Source: an uncultured Candidatus Saccharibacteria bacterium (GTDB lineage: Bacteria > Patescibacteriota > Andersenbacteria > UBA10190). From it: a DNA stretch of 64,000 nucleotides. A model generated the notes under the pieces. It was given only the letters and a program-made list of their open reading frames with translations. It was not told the DNA's origin and made no database searches. Position numbers and translations under genes: made by a program. The first letter of the stretch is position 1; each line of letters opens with the position of its first letter. Shown one piece after another: positions 52,363 through 62,288 of the stretch. The stretch spans positions 287,994 to 351,993 of the forward strand of contig CAZSUC010000001.1 of NCBI GenBank assembly GCA_964610055.1, written 5' to 3'.

Positions 52363-54104
52363 TTTCGCTGTTTTGATCGGTCGCTTAATTCGCTCACAAT
52401 TTCTGCTATTTGCTTCGTGCCCTCGTCTCCTTGCTCGCGTGATCTAATTGAAACCGTGCCTGCTTCTGCTTCTCGTTTTCCAATAATTAACATCATTGGA
52501 ATTTTCTTTGTTTCCGCTTCTCGAATCTTCTTCCCAATACTTTCACTTCGTTCGTCTAGCTCAGTTCGTGTTCCAACCGCTTGTAGCTGCGCCTGCACTT
52601 TCCGAGCGTATTCTAATTGCCCATCTGAAATCGGTAAAATTATTACTTGCACCGGCGCTAACCAAAAAGGAAATACGCCCGCATAATGTTCAATCAAAAC
52701 TCCCAAAAACCGTTCATATGAACCCATTATCGCTCGATGAATCATCACTGGCGTCTGTTGCTTTCCGTTCTCATCAATGTATGTCAAACCAAAACGTGCT
52801 GGCATATTAAAATCAAGCTGGATAGTCGCTAATTGCCACGCTCTTCCCAGTGAATCATGCGCTGTAAAATCAATCTTTGGCCCATAAAAAGCCGCTTCAC
52901 CTTTTGCCTCGCTGAATTTAATGTCTTTTTCTTGCAATGCTTTACGTAACGCTTCTTCCGCTGTCTTCCAAATTTCATCCGTCCCTAAATATTTTTCTGA
53001 CTGACTTGGGTCTCGCAAAGATAAACGGAACGATAAATTCAAAGATAGTGTTTTATAAAACTTATCTACCATTCCCATAATTCGGCTAATTTCATCCGCC
53101 ACTTGATCTGGCCGACAAAATACATGTCCATCATCCTGAGTAATGCTGCGAACTCTTGTTAAGCCTTGTAGCTCGCCGGCTTGTTCGTCTCGATACACGG
53201 TTGTACTTTCAGCATATCGAACTGGCAAATCTCGATAACTTCGTGTTTCGGCTGCAAAAATTTGCGTATGGTGCGGACAATTCATCGGCTTAACCACAAA
53301 TTCTTCTTCGTGTTTTCCGCGCGCATGAAACAAATCTTCCTTAAACTTATCCCAATGTCCTGACGTTCGATACAAATCCGGCCGCGCCAAATGGGGGATA
53401 GTAACGCGCTCGTATCCCGCTTCCGTGTGCAGTTCTTCTACAAATCGCTTTAATGCTTCTAACATAGCCGTACCCTTCGGAGTAAACAGTGGTAATCCAG
53501 GACCAACTAATTTTGAGAAAGTAAACAATCCTAATTCTTTTCCAATCTTGCGATGATCTCTTTTCTTCGCTTCCTCCAGCATTGCTAGATGATTGTCTAA
53601 TTCTTCCTGAGTCGGGAACAAGATACCGTAAATGCGTTGTAATTGCGGTTTTGATTCATCATTTTTCCAATACACTCCCGACATTCGTGTTAATTTAAAC
53701 GCACCAATTTGACCCGTTGAATCCGCATGTCCGCCTTCGCATAAAGTCTTGAAAAAACCATCTCCCATTTCTGAGATTCCAACCATCTCATCTTCAATGC
53801 CATCAATCAATTCCAACTTATACGGATCATCTTTTAGTAATTCCCGCGCTTCGTCTTTACTCACCTTATAATGCTTCATCGGCACATCCATTTTTTGAAT
53901 TTCTCGCATTTTTTCCTCTAAGCGCGTCAAATCTTCCAAGGAGTAATTTTCATCAGTATCAATATCATGAAAAAACCCATCTTCAGTTGCCGGCCCAATA
54001 CCTAACCGTGTTTCTGGTCGTAATGCCACTGACGCCGCCGCCAACACATGCGCTGCCGTATGCCTCATCTTCTTTAATTGATCTTCTGTGACATCTTGAC
54101 TCAT
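52359..54104 (-). CDS. thrS: Threonine--tRNA ligase (no TGS domain)
   Basis: RHTAAH, RDHRKIG, KPMNCP.H, GLTRVR..QDDGH, AFYGPKID, MIHRA. Confidence 0.98.
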   Translation of the reverse strand: MSQDVTEDQLKKMRHTAAHVLAAASVALRPETRLGIGPATEDGFFHDIDTDENYSLEDLTRLEEKMREIQKMDVPMKHYKVSKDEARELLKDDPYKLELIDGIEDEMVGISEMGDGFFKTLCEGGHADSTGQIGAFKLTRMSGVYWKNDESKPQLQRIYGILFPTQEELDNHLAMLEEAKKRDHRKIGKELGLFTFSKLVGPGLPLFTPKGTAMLEALKRFVEELHTEAGYERVTIPHLARPDLYRTSGHWDKFKEDLFHARGKHEEEFVVKPMNCPHHTQIFAAETRSYRDLPVRYAESTTVYRDEQAGELQGLTRVRSITQDDGHVFCRPDQVADEISRIMGMVDKFYKTLSLNLSFRLSLRDPSQSEKYLGTDEIWKTAEEALRKALQEKDIKFSEAKGEAAFYGPKIDFTAHDSLGRAWQLATIQLDFNMPARFGLTYIDENGKQQTPVMIHRAIMGSYERFLGVLIEHYAGVFPFWLAPVQVIILPISDGQLEYARKVQAQLQAVGTRTELDERSESIGKKIREAETKKIPMMLIIGKREAEAGTVSIRSREQGDEGTKQIAEIVSELSDRSKQRN

Positions 54105-54257
54105 ATATAGAAACTATTACATGTCCTACTTTAACACAAACTTGGTAAAATTCACTGCCTCTTTACAACTATCGGTAAAAGTTGTCTATTTATAAGCCGG
54201 AGCCACAAACGTGGTTATCACTTTTTCTCTGCTGGCTTTTAGAAAGGTACCTTGACA

Positions 54258-54998
54258 ATGTCTTCTCAAACCCACGATGAACTGCTGCGTCAAATTGAAG
54301 CATCTCCTTTTGACGTTGAGCTGCGGCAAAAGTTTGCTGAGTGGCTGATTGCTATGCCAAGACAAGATCAAGCTCGGGGGGAACTCATTCGGGCGCAATG
54401 TCTCCCCGGCGATGAGCGAGACTACGATCTCATCGCCCGCCTGATTAACACTCATGGTCGACGCTGGATCGCTGAAGATTTGGGTATTAACGAACCCAAT
54501 CTACCTCCTGAAATCCAATGTGAATTTTACCAGGGCTTCGCTTGGTGGCCAGTGAAAGCCTCGGCTTCTGGCATTCAACCTCTTTTGCAAAAATGGTCGT
54601 CTTGCCAAGTTGATTCTCGCCTTCTCACTTCTCAGGCTTTGTTAATGCTGGATCATCCCATCTCATTTTGTGTCAAGCTCGTGCTCTGTCAGCCAAGGCG
54701 CAATTTACCGCTTGAGCAAGCGATTCATCTAATGAGTCGTTCGTTGCGTTTGTCCTGCAATCCCGATCAGTTGTTAGACTTATGCGCTTTACGCATCCAG
54801 TATCCTAATTTGCTTTTCCGGATTGTTGCTCCTGGTGCTGTCAGCTATTTTAATCCCGACATTGGCCCGGAGGTCTTATTCTCTGGCCACTGGGACAGTA
54901 CAGACCATTTAAGGCTGCATCCCTGCGCCAAGCCCTTTAACGAGGAACACCGTTTCCTCGGAACTCGTTCCTGGTTTATTGCCCAACTCTTCGTTTGA
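54258..54998 (+). CDS. Orphan protein with N-terminal TIGR02996-like domain and CLec-like tail
   Basis: LLRQI.ASPFD..LR..FAEWL......RGELIRAQC; GAAAGG SD. Confidence 0.6.
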   Translation: MSSQTHDELLRQIEASPFDVELRQKFAEWLIAMPRQDQARGELIRAQCLPGDERDYDLIARLINTHGRRWIAEDLGINEPNLPPEIQCEFYQGFAWWPVKASASGIQPLLQKWSSCQVDSRLLTSQALLMLDHPISFCVKLVLCQPRRNLPLEQAIHLMSRSLRLSCNPDQLLDLCALRIQYPNLLFRIVAPGAVSYFNPDIGPEVLFSGHWDSTDHLRLHPCAKPFNEEHRFLGTRSWFIAQLFV

Positions 54999-55029
54999 CC
55001 GGCATCTAGCCGGGGAAAGGACAACTGTC

Positions 55030-55608
55030 ATGGCAAAGTACGGCACATGGACTCGCAAACAGGATGAAGATCTGCTTAACCTATTAGGAGGTCAGGCAGC
55101 CGCCGAGCGTCTGCTCGCCTGCAAGGGTGGTGTTACAGTCACATTCACTGGAGATATGGCAGATGTTATGGCGCACACCTTGCCCGTCATCGACTGCGAT
55201 ACCGCTCCACACACCCCCCGCGATGGCTGGAGCGTGGCAAAGCATATACCGGGCGGCCAGCTAATCTGGGATCCGTCCAGGATTACCCTCTATCTTTCAG
55301 ATTCCCAGCTCCAGCGGCGCATCAAGGGAACTGAGCTTAGCCGAGAGTTGGCCGAGCAACCTGTTCTCAACGCCAACGTCCTCGACTACCTGATCCGTTA
55401 TCCCCATCTCATTCCCGAAGAATGGAAAGTGGATGAAAACGGCAACACCATCTACATCTACTTCTTTGGAACGATCTACCGCGACCCTGACGACTGCCTC
55501 CGCGTGCGTTATCTGTACTTCAGATACGATCACTGGCGCTCGGACTACGGCTCGCTCAATGTTAACTGGGCAGCGCAGAACCGGGCGGCAGCTATCCTCG
55601 CAGCTTGA
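55030..55608 (+). CDS. Orphan protein, putative CLec-like/DGR-target-like family, atypical codon usage
   Basis: LNANVLDYL..P.LIPEEWK...IYFFGTIYR...VRYL; GAAAGGA SD; C-ending codons. Confidence 0.65.
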   Translation: MAKYGTWTRKQDEDLLNLLGGQAAAERLLACKGGVTVTFTGDMADVMAHTLPVIDCDTAPHTPRDGWSVAKHIPGGQLIWDPSRITLYLSDSQLQRRIKGTELSRELAEQPVLNANVLDYLIRYPHLIPEEWKVDENGNTIYIYFFGTIYRDPDDCLRVRYLYFRYDHWRSDYGSLNVNWAAQNRAAAILAA

Positions 55609-55643
55609 GCTTGGATTTTGTCCACCTTGTCTGTCCCTTCGAG

Positions 55644-55680
55644 TCCTTTGCGCATAGCGCAAGGGGATCTTTTCTTTTTT
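55644..55680 (+). terminator. Terminator after the orphan pair
   Basis: TCCTTTGCGC-ata-GCGCAAGGGGA followed by a long T tract. Confidence 0.65.
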
Positions 55681-56806
55681 ATTCCGCCGCTTGCAATTCA
55701 ATTCGCACTGCTTTCTCCCGCGCAGGCACTGTTTTCACCCAAAAGGGCCAAAGCGCCACTTTCACTTCCCCCAAATCATCAAATTGCGCAAAGTATTCGC
55801 TTATTTCTGCTTCACTGCGTCCTGCCAATTTTGCTTTATCCACTTTTGCTAACGATGATTTCTTGGCAAATGATCCAGTCATAGTGCCTTTGATTCGCGC
55901 CTCGCCTCGATCAAAATCAGCCCGCAAAATTTCCACCTTGAAACTTTCCGGATCATATGACACTAATTCCTCCGCGCTGTCCGGCTGTGACCGTAAGTTT
56001 AGTAAAGTTAAACTTAGTAAATCGCTTTCACTGACAATAAATCCGCGCGCCTTTATTTTTGTTTTTGCTTCAAATTCCGGCACCTTATCTCCATCTGCCG
56101 CCGACGTCTCCTGGCTTTCAATTTCCATTTTGATTAAATCATCTCGCACTACCGCTCCGCCTGCTTCAGTCAAAATCAAATTATGCACTTTAATCTGTGC
56201 CGCTTCCTCTGTTTCTTTTAATGCTTCTTTGAGTTCATTCTCTGTGATCGGTGAATCAGTTACCACGCCGCCCGTAAACGCAGCTGTGCTCTCGCCGTAA
56301 ACCACTTTCTGCATACTTACCGGCAAGCGATCCACGATAAATTTTCCCGCCGGTACATTGCCTGCCTGCCCCGGTGTTTCCGCTGTGACAGTTACCGTAA
56401 CTTCTCCTTGTGGGGGTATGCGCACTGCCTGATCGGTTAAGAAAAAAGCTCCTGTCCCTTCATGCCGCAAATGCGTCTTTGGTAATAACGGTTGTTCATC
56501 CGCCTGGTCGTTTTTCAAAATTACTGTGCCTTTTGCTTCACTGTCCCGCGCTCCAGCCGTGCTTCGTTGTATCGTTTTCATTTCCTCCGCCTCTTTTTCA
56601 ATCTTTTGTGCCGGCAAAATGTATTTTACATAATCCGCATCCTTAGCACTTTGGGACAAAATAATTTCTCGTTCAATCGTCCTAGTTGTCACCGCTGGCG
56701 AAACTGTAATCGTCGCTCTTGGCATCCAAACCAATCCGCTAATTACGCCGCTAACACTTAAAACAGCTAGAATTCCCAAAGTTACAATTTTTTGCGTCGC
56801 ATTCAT
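55679..56806 (-). CDS. Membrane-anchored baseplate-J-like domain protein (CPR type)
   Basis: TM then P.ATITV.P, A.GTV..N, V.A..PG..GN, ..FTGG, PFW. Confidence 0.6.
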   Translation of the reverse strand: MNATQKIVTLGILAVLSVSGVISGLVWMPRATITVSPAVTTRTIEREIILSQSAKDADYVKYILPAQKIEKEAEEMKTIQRSTAGARDSEAKGTVILKNDQADEQPLLPKTHLRHEGTGAFFLTDQAVRIPPQGEVTVTVTAETPGQAGNVPAGKFIVDRLPVSMQKVVYGESTAAFTGGVVTDSPITENELKEALKETEEAAQIKVHNLILTEAGGAVVRDDLIKMEIESQETSAADGDKVPEFEAKTKIKARGFIVSESDLLSLTLLNLRSQPDSAEELVSYDPESFKVEILRADFDRGEARIKGTMTGSFAKKSSLAKVDKAKLAGRSEAEISEYFAQFDDLGEVKVALWPFWVKTVPAREKAVRIELQAAE

Positions 56807-56810
56807 GTCC

Positions 56811-59800
56811 TTAACTCTGAAAAGTTAAGGCCGTACTGCCTACCAATTGTTGAATCTTTTGCCAATTCTCATCCGTCGGTTTAATCCGGTATTGAGTTGC
56901 TAATCTGACTCTTTGCGTTCGTTGGGGGATTGATAGTTCTACCGGTATACCATTTTCCACTACCATTGTTTGCAGCGCTTCTTTTAATTGCCAAACCGAT
57001 TCTTTAGTGAATTGTGGCGGCAAGTTAATAATTACCCGGTTGGCTTGGCTTGGATCCGCATTATTCGTCGCCGCTTTCCGATGGGCTTTAGGTGCTGCCT
57101 TAAATGAATCTAAAAGTTCCGCCGTCAACTGCCACGCCTTATCGGCTAAAATTTTTGTTTCACCGTCTTTATCCGACAATTTACCTTCAATAATTACCGT
57201 TCCTCCATCCACCCACAGTTCTTGTGTTTTTTCTAGGACTGTTGGAAAAATCAACGCCTCCGCTTTTCCGCCTATATCTTCCAAAGTGACAAACACCATC
57301 GGCTTATTTGATTTAGTTATAATCTTATTCAACCTCACAATCACTCCTGCCACCCGCACAGTTTGATTTGCGTTTAAGTGCGGTAGGTCAGCTAACGGTG
57401 TCGCTACCTTTTTTAATTGCTCATGCAATTCTGTCAGCGGATGTTCTGAGACATACATACCTAACAATTCTTTTTCCCATTTTAATCGATCTGCTTTTAT
57501 TGCCGGTGTCACTGGATCCAAATCTAATCGTGGCGGCGGCGCCTCCACCGTCTCGCCAAACAATCCTTGCTGACCTGCTTCTTTTTTCCGATGCAATTCT
57601 CGGCTAAAATCCAACAACTTATCCGCGTTATCTAAGACCTGCTGTCTTTCCGCAATACAATCAAACGCTCCTGCTTTTGCCATGCTTTCAACTGACTTCC
57701 GGTTTAAATCTTTCGAATTAACCCGCACAAACACATCCGTTAGCTGCGCAAACGCTCCGTTTTCTTGCCGTTCCGCAATCAAGTCTTCAACTGCTTGATT
57801 GCCTACATTTTTAATTGCCGCTAATCCAAATCGGATTGCATCACCATCTTCTGTTTTGACTACTGTGAAGTGCTCATCACTTTCATTGATGTCAGGCGGC
57901 AATATTTTAATTCCCATACTTAAAGATTCGCCCACTTCAATCGCTGCCCGATCCATATTTCCTTCGTCGCTGGTTAATAAGGCTGCCATAAATTCTGCCG
58001 GATAATGTGCTTTTAAGTAAGCGGTTTGATAGGCAATCATGGCGTAACAAGCGGCATGTGCTCGGTTAAATCCGTAACGCGCAAACGGTTCGATAAAATC
58101 CCACACTTTTACCGCCGTCCCTTTATCAATTCCTTTGTTATCAATCGCTCCGTTAATAAATTTCTCCCGTTGTTCATCCAACAATTCTTTGATTTTTTTA
58201 CCCACTGCCTTACGCAAAATATCCGCTTCCGCATATGTAAACCCAGAAAATTCTCGAGCAATCATCAGCACCTGGTCCTGCGTTACGATTACTCCATAAG
58301 TTTTTTCCAAGATCGGTTTCAAAATCGGATGCAAATACGTAATCTTCTTACGCCCATGCTTAGCTGCGATAAAATCGGGAATCGAGTCCATCGGCCCGGG
58401 TCGGTATAAAGCCACCATGGAAATAATATCTTCAAATTCCGTTGGCTTTAATTCCTTTAAATATCTTTTCATTCCCGAAGATTCCAACTGAAACACTCCG
58501 GTTGTTTCACCTCGTTGTAATAACCGGTATGCCTCTTCGTCATTCGTCTCTAATGTGTCTAAATTAATCTCAACATTATGCCTTTGCTTAATACGCTCCA
58601 AAGCATTTTTAATAATTGTCAGGTTTTTTAATCCTAAGAAGTCAATCTTTAGCAGCCCTAATTGCTCCACCGGACCCATTGAATATTGCGTCACAATGTC
58701 ATGCCCATCACTGCTAGTGGATGATAACTGTAACGGCACGTATTCTGTTAATGGCGCATCTGTAATCACGACTGCCGCTGCGTGGGTAGAGGCGTGTCGG
58801 CATACCCCTTCTAATTTACGCGCCATATCAATCAGCTTCTTAGCTTGCGGATCGCCCTCGTACATTTCTTTCAAATCCGGTGTTTCCAACGCTTCTTTAA
58901 AATCAGTCATCATCGGAATCGCTTTTGCGACTTGGTCACAAAAAGCATACGGAAAACCTAATGCTCTCCCTGCGTCTCGTACCGCCGCCCGCGCTGCCAT
59001 CGTTCCGAATGTTATAATCTGAGCTACGTGTTCCGTTCCGTATTTACTACGGACGTATTCAATGACCTCGCCTCGTCGATCGTCCGCAAAATCCAAATCA
59101 ATATCCGGCATCGATACCCGCTGCGGATTTAAGAATCGTTCAAATAACAAATCATACTTTAACGGATCTACATTCGTAATATTAGTTAAATAAGACACTA
59201 GGCTACCCGCCGCACTCCCACGTCCTGGCCCGACTAAAATATTTTGTCTTTTTGCCTCATTCACGAAATCCGACACAATCAAAAAGTAAGACGAATATCC
59301 GCAAGTCTTAATCACATCTAGCTCATAATCCATGCGCTCTTTAGCATTGTCTGGCAAATTTTCTCCGTATCGCGTTTTTAATCCTTCTTCACACATGGTT
59401 CGCAACGCCTGATCCGCCGTAATGCCTTTTGGTAGGGGAAAGGGCGGTAATTTATTCACTCCAAATTCCAACTCGACATTACACATTGCCGCAATCTTTT
59501 GTGTATTCTCAATCGCTTCTGGATAATCCTTCCATAATTCTTTCATTAACTCTGGCGTTTTAACCGAAAAATCATCGCCCAGCATATTCATTCGGTCAGT
59601 GTCCTGGACAGTTTTACCAGTTTGAACACACACCAACACATCATGTGCATTTGCATCCTCTTTCTTGATGTAATGAGCATCTGTCGTTGCGACAATCGGT
59701 ACTTTGTATTCTTTGGCTAAGGCTAAAATTCCCGCGTTCGCTTTATGCTGTTCCGGAACATTCTCGTGATACTGAACTTCTAAATAAAACTTATCTTTAT

Positions 59801-60299
59801 CAAACCGTTCCAAATACCATTCCAATACTTTTTTGGCATCTGCTTCTCGTCCTTCAACTATGGCATGGGCAATATCTCCATTTAAACATCCAGACAATAC
59901 AATCAATCCCTCTCGATGCTGCTCTAATAATTCATAATCCATGCGCGGTTTATAGTAATATCCCTCCAAATTCGCTTTGGTAACCAATTTGATTAAGTTC
60001 TTATACCCGTCATTATTCGCTGCTAACAAGGTCACGTGTCTCAAATCCGCGTCAATCCGCCCCCGTTTATTCAAACGTCCGTTCGGAGCCAAATATGCCT
60101 CCACTCCCAAAATCGGTTTCACGCCCTTGCTTTTCGCTGTCCGGTAAAATTCAATCGCGCCGTACATATTGCCATGATCAGTCAAAGCACACGAATCCAT
60201 CCCTAATTCTTTGACATGATCAATCAAGGGCTCAATTTTCCCTAATCCATCCAAGAGGGAGTAGTGGCTGTGTAAATGTAAGTGCGTAAAATCTCCCAT
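56811..60299 (-). CDS. dnaE: DNA polymerase III alpha
   Basis: HLHLHSHYSLLDG, GPGRGSAAGS, FERFLNP.R.SMPDIDLDF, YGFN.AH, OB domain. Confidence 0.98.
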   Translation of the reverse strand: MGDFTHLHLHSHYSLLDGLGKIEPLIDHVKELGMDSCALTDHGNMYGAIEFYRTAKSKGVKPILGVEAYLAPNGRLNKRGRIDADLRHVTLLAANNDGYKNLIKLVTKANLEGYYYKPRMDYELLEQHREGLIVLSGCLNGDIAHAIVEGREADAKKVLEWYLERFDKDKFYLEVQYHENVPEQHKANAGILALAKEYKVPIVATTDAHYIKKEDANAHDVLVCVQTGKTVQDTDRMNMLGDDFSVKTPELMKELWKDYPEAIENTQKIAAMCNVELEFGVNKLPPFPLPKGITADQALRTMCEEGLKTRYGENLPDNAKERMDYELDVIKTCGYSSYFLIVSDFVNEAKRQNILVGPGRGSAAGSLVSYLTNITNVDPLKYDLLFERFLNPQRVSMPDIDLDFADDRRGEVIEYVRSKYGTEHVAQIITFGTMAARAAVRDAGRALGFPYAFCDQVAKAIPMMTDFKEALETPDLKEMYEGDPQAKKLIDMARKLEGVCRHASTHAAAVVITDAPLTEYVPLQLSSTSSDGHDIVTQYSMGPVEQLGLLKIDFLGLKNLTIIKNALERIKQRHNVEINLDTLETNDEEAYRLLQRGETTGVFQLESSGMKRYLKELKPTEFEDIISMVALYRPGPMDSIPDFIAAKHGRKKITYLHPILKPILEKTYGVIVTQDQVLMIAREFSGFTYAEADILRKAVGKKIKELLDEQREKFINGAIDNKGIDKGTAVKVWDFIEPFARYGFNRAHAACYAMIAYQTAYLKAHYPAEFMAALLTSDEGNMDRAAIEVGESLSMGIKILPPDINESDEHFTVVKTEDGDAIRFGLAAIKNVGNQAVEDLIAERQENGAFAQLTDVFVRVNSKDLNRKSVESMAKAGAFDCIAERQQVLDNADKLLDFSRELHRKKEAGQQGLFGETVEAPPPRLDLDPVTPAIKADRLKWEKELLGMYVSEHPLTELHEQLKKVATPLADLPHLNANQTVRVAGVIVRLNKIITKSNKPMVFVTLEDIGGKAEALIFPTVLEKTQELWVDGGTVIIEGKLSDKDGETKILADKAWQLTAELLDSFKAAPKAHRKAATNNADPSQANRVIINLPPQFTKESVWQLKEALQTMVVENGIPVELSIPQRTQRVRLATQYRIKPTDENWQKIQQLVGSTALTFQS

Positions 60300-60388
60300 A
60301 TCAAGTCAGTGTTTTAGTATACCCATACCTATGCCCTTCCGCCAACTGCCCTGATGACATCTGTCGCCAGCTCTACTAAACTAACTTT

Positions 60389-61159
60389 ATGTCATTACAT
60401 CGCACTCTTAAGCAAGCTTACTACGCCGCCGGTTTTATTCTTCTGGTTATAGTCGTTGCTTTCGGTCTTTTTCGTCTGATCGTACCGGCTACTCCCGACA
60501 CCTCAATTTCAACCGCAACTCCAGTACCAGAATTTTCCTCTTTAACTATTCAGTCTGTTCAATACAGCCAATCGGACCGCATAGTTGATGCTGTTGTCCA
60601 AATTAAAAACCCTAACGTCCGCGCTGGCCTTAGTAATTTTACTATTACCTTTTCTTTTTACGACTCAGCCAATCAGTTTATTACTGATGCCTCTACTGCC
60701 GCTTATATTCTTCCTGGCAGTACTCAGTATTTTGCTGTGTATAACGTTTCTGTCCCGGTACCAGTCGCTTCGGTTACAGTTGCCCTGCCGGATAACCCAA
60801 CTTTCACTACTATTGCCGACACTTATCAACTGCCACGCTTCAGCACTATCATGCGCGATCTTTCCACCAAACAAATTGGTAATCAAACTTATGAAGAACA
60901 AAAAGGCTTAATTAGTAATAATAATCCGTTTGTGTTTCGCACGGTTGATATTATTGTTCTTGCACTTAACAACGACGATGAGATTATTAGCGTTGGCCAA
61001 ACTACAGTTGGCGATTTAGAAATCAGCGAACAACGGGAATTTACTGTGCAATGGTTACAATCCGGTCAAGAAATTGATCGTGTTATTGCTATTCCGACCA
61101 CTAACATTTTCCTTTCTGATAATATTCGCGAGATTGAGGACGATCCATCTTTGCTGTAG
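60389..61159 (+). CDS. Membrane-anchored beta-rich hypothetical protein (CPR conserved)
   Basis: N-terminal TM plus two Ig-like-looking repeats (IKNPN...FYD...ILPG). Confidence 0.55.
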   Translation: MSLHRTLKQAYYAAGFILLVIVVAFGLFRLIVPATPDTSISTATPVPEFSSLTIQSVQYSQSDRIVDAVVQIKNPNVRAGLSNFTITFSFYDSANQFITDASTAAYILPGSTQYFAVYNVSVPVPVASVTVALPDNPTFTTIADTYQLPRFSTIMRDLSTKQIGNQTYEEQKGLISNNNPFVFRTVDIIVLALNNDDEIISVGQTTVGDLEISEQREFTVQWLQSGQEIDRVIAIPTTNIFLSDNIREIEDDPSLL

Positions 61160-61161
61160 TA

Positions 61162-62280
61162 ATGACTTTTCGGGACATTGTAAAATCAATTGATTGGGTG
61201 ATTCTTGGTGCCGCCATTCTTTTAGTTTTGATTGGGCTTGCCATGCTCTTTAGCTCGACTTATGAGCAGGGAGTTACTTCTCGTTTTATTCGCCAAATCA
61301 TTTCCTTCGCTTTAGCCTTTGGACTTTGTTTTTTTGTGATTCGTCTTCCGTATCACTTCTTACGTTCTTTTGCTATACCTATTTATGCCTTCGGTTTATT
61401 CGGCTTATTAGCCGTTGCTTTAACCGCTCAAATCATTCGCGGCACCGCCAGTCGTCTTGTGGTTTTTGGATTTCAGTTACAACCGTCTGAACTGATGAAA
61501 GTCGCTCTTATTATTGGTTTATCTGCTTATCTATCTCGTTTTCAGCGCATCACTGGCCGAAATTTCCTGCTGAGCACTCTTATTACCGGTATCCCAGTTG
61601 TTCTAGTTGCTCTTGAACCTGATTTAGGCATGTCTGCCTCACTTTTAATTATCTGGGCTGGTTTACTCTTTTTTCTTGGCATTCCTTGGAAATATATTTT
61701 CCTTTTAGTTGGCGCCAGCATCGGTGCCTTCTTATCTGCTTGGCGTTGGTGGTTTGCGCCTTATCAAAAAGCCCGCCTGCTGGTTTTTTTAGATCCAACT
61801 CGTGATCCTTTAGGCGCTGGCTATAACATTGTTCAGTCCATTATTGCTTTTGGATCAGGTCGTATTCTTGGTCGCGGCTTAGGTCATGGCCCCCAGTCTC
61901 AACTTAAATTTTTACCCGAGCAGCACACCGATTTTATTCTCGCCAGCATTGGCGAAGAGCTAGGCTTTATCGGTATTGCCCTCGTTTTAGTTTTATACGG
62001 CATTATTCTTTTCCGTATTTTGTCCATCATCAAACGTACAAATGACAGCTTTGGTCAGCTGTTAGCCGCCGGAGTATTTGTTTCTATATTATCCAGCCTG
62101 GCTGTTGCGGCTGGTATGAATATGGGTATCGTACCTGTCACCGGTATTCCTTTGCCGTTCCTTAGCTACGGCGGTTCCAGCCTTATTAGCACTTTCTTAC
62201 TGCTTGGCTTGGTTGAATCTGTTCATGTTTATGGTAAATGGGTTCAAGCTCCGCCCACAGAGATCAGCCATTTGTCCTAA
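61162..62280 (+). CDS. rodA: Rod shape-determining protein RodA (SEDS)
   Basis: QPSELMK, EPDLG, YQ.AR, GYN..QS.IA.GSG...G.G, LPEQHTDFI, GIPLPF.SYGGS. Confidence 0.92.
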   Translation: MTFRDIVKSIDWVILGAAILLVLIGLAMLFSSTYEQGVTSRFIRQIISFALAFGLCFFVIRLPYHFLRSFAIPIYAFGLFGLLAVALTAQIIRGTASRLVVFGFQLQPSELMKVALIIGLSAYLSRFQRITGRNFLLSTLITGIPVVLVALEPDLGMSASLLIIWAGLLFFLGIPWKYIFLLVGASIGAFLSAWRWWFAPYQKARLLVFLDPTRDPLGAGYNIVQSIIAFGSGRILGRGLGHGPQSQLKFLPEQHTDFILASIGEELGFIGIALVLVLYGIILFRILSIIKRTNDSFGQLLAAGVFVSILSSLAVAAGMNMGIVPVTGIPLPFLSYGGSSLISTFLLLGLVESVHVYGKWVQAPPTEISHLS

Positions 62281-62288
62281 TATTTTTT

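Noticed and set aside
54105-55680. Complete diversity-generating retroelement
   Set aside because: No reverse transcriptase, Avd or AAC-rich template repeat in the window; only target-like genes.
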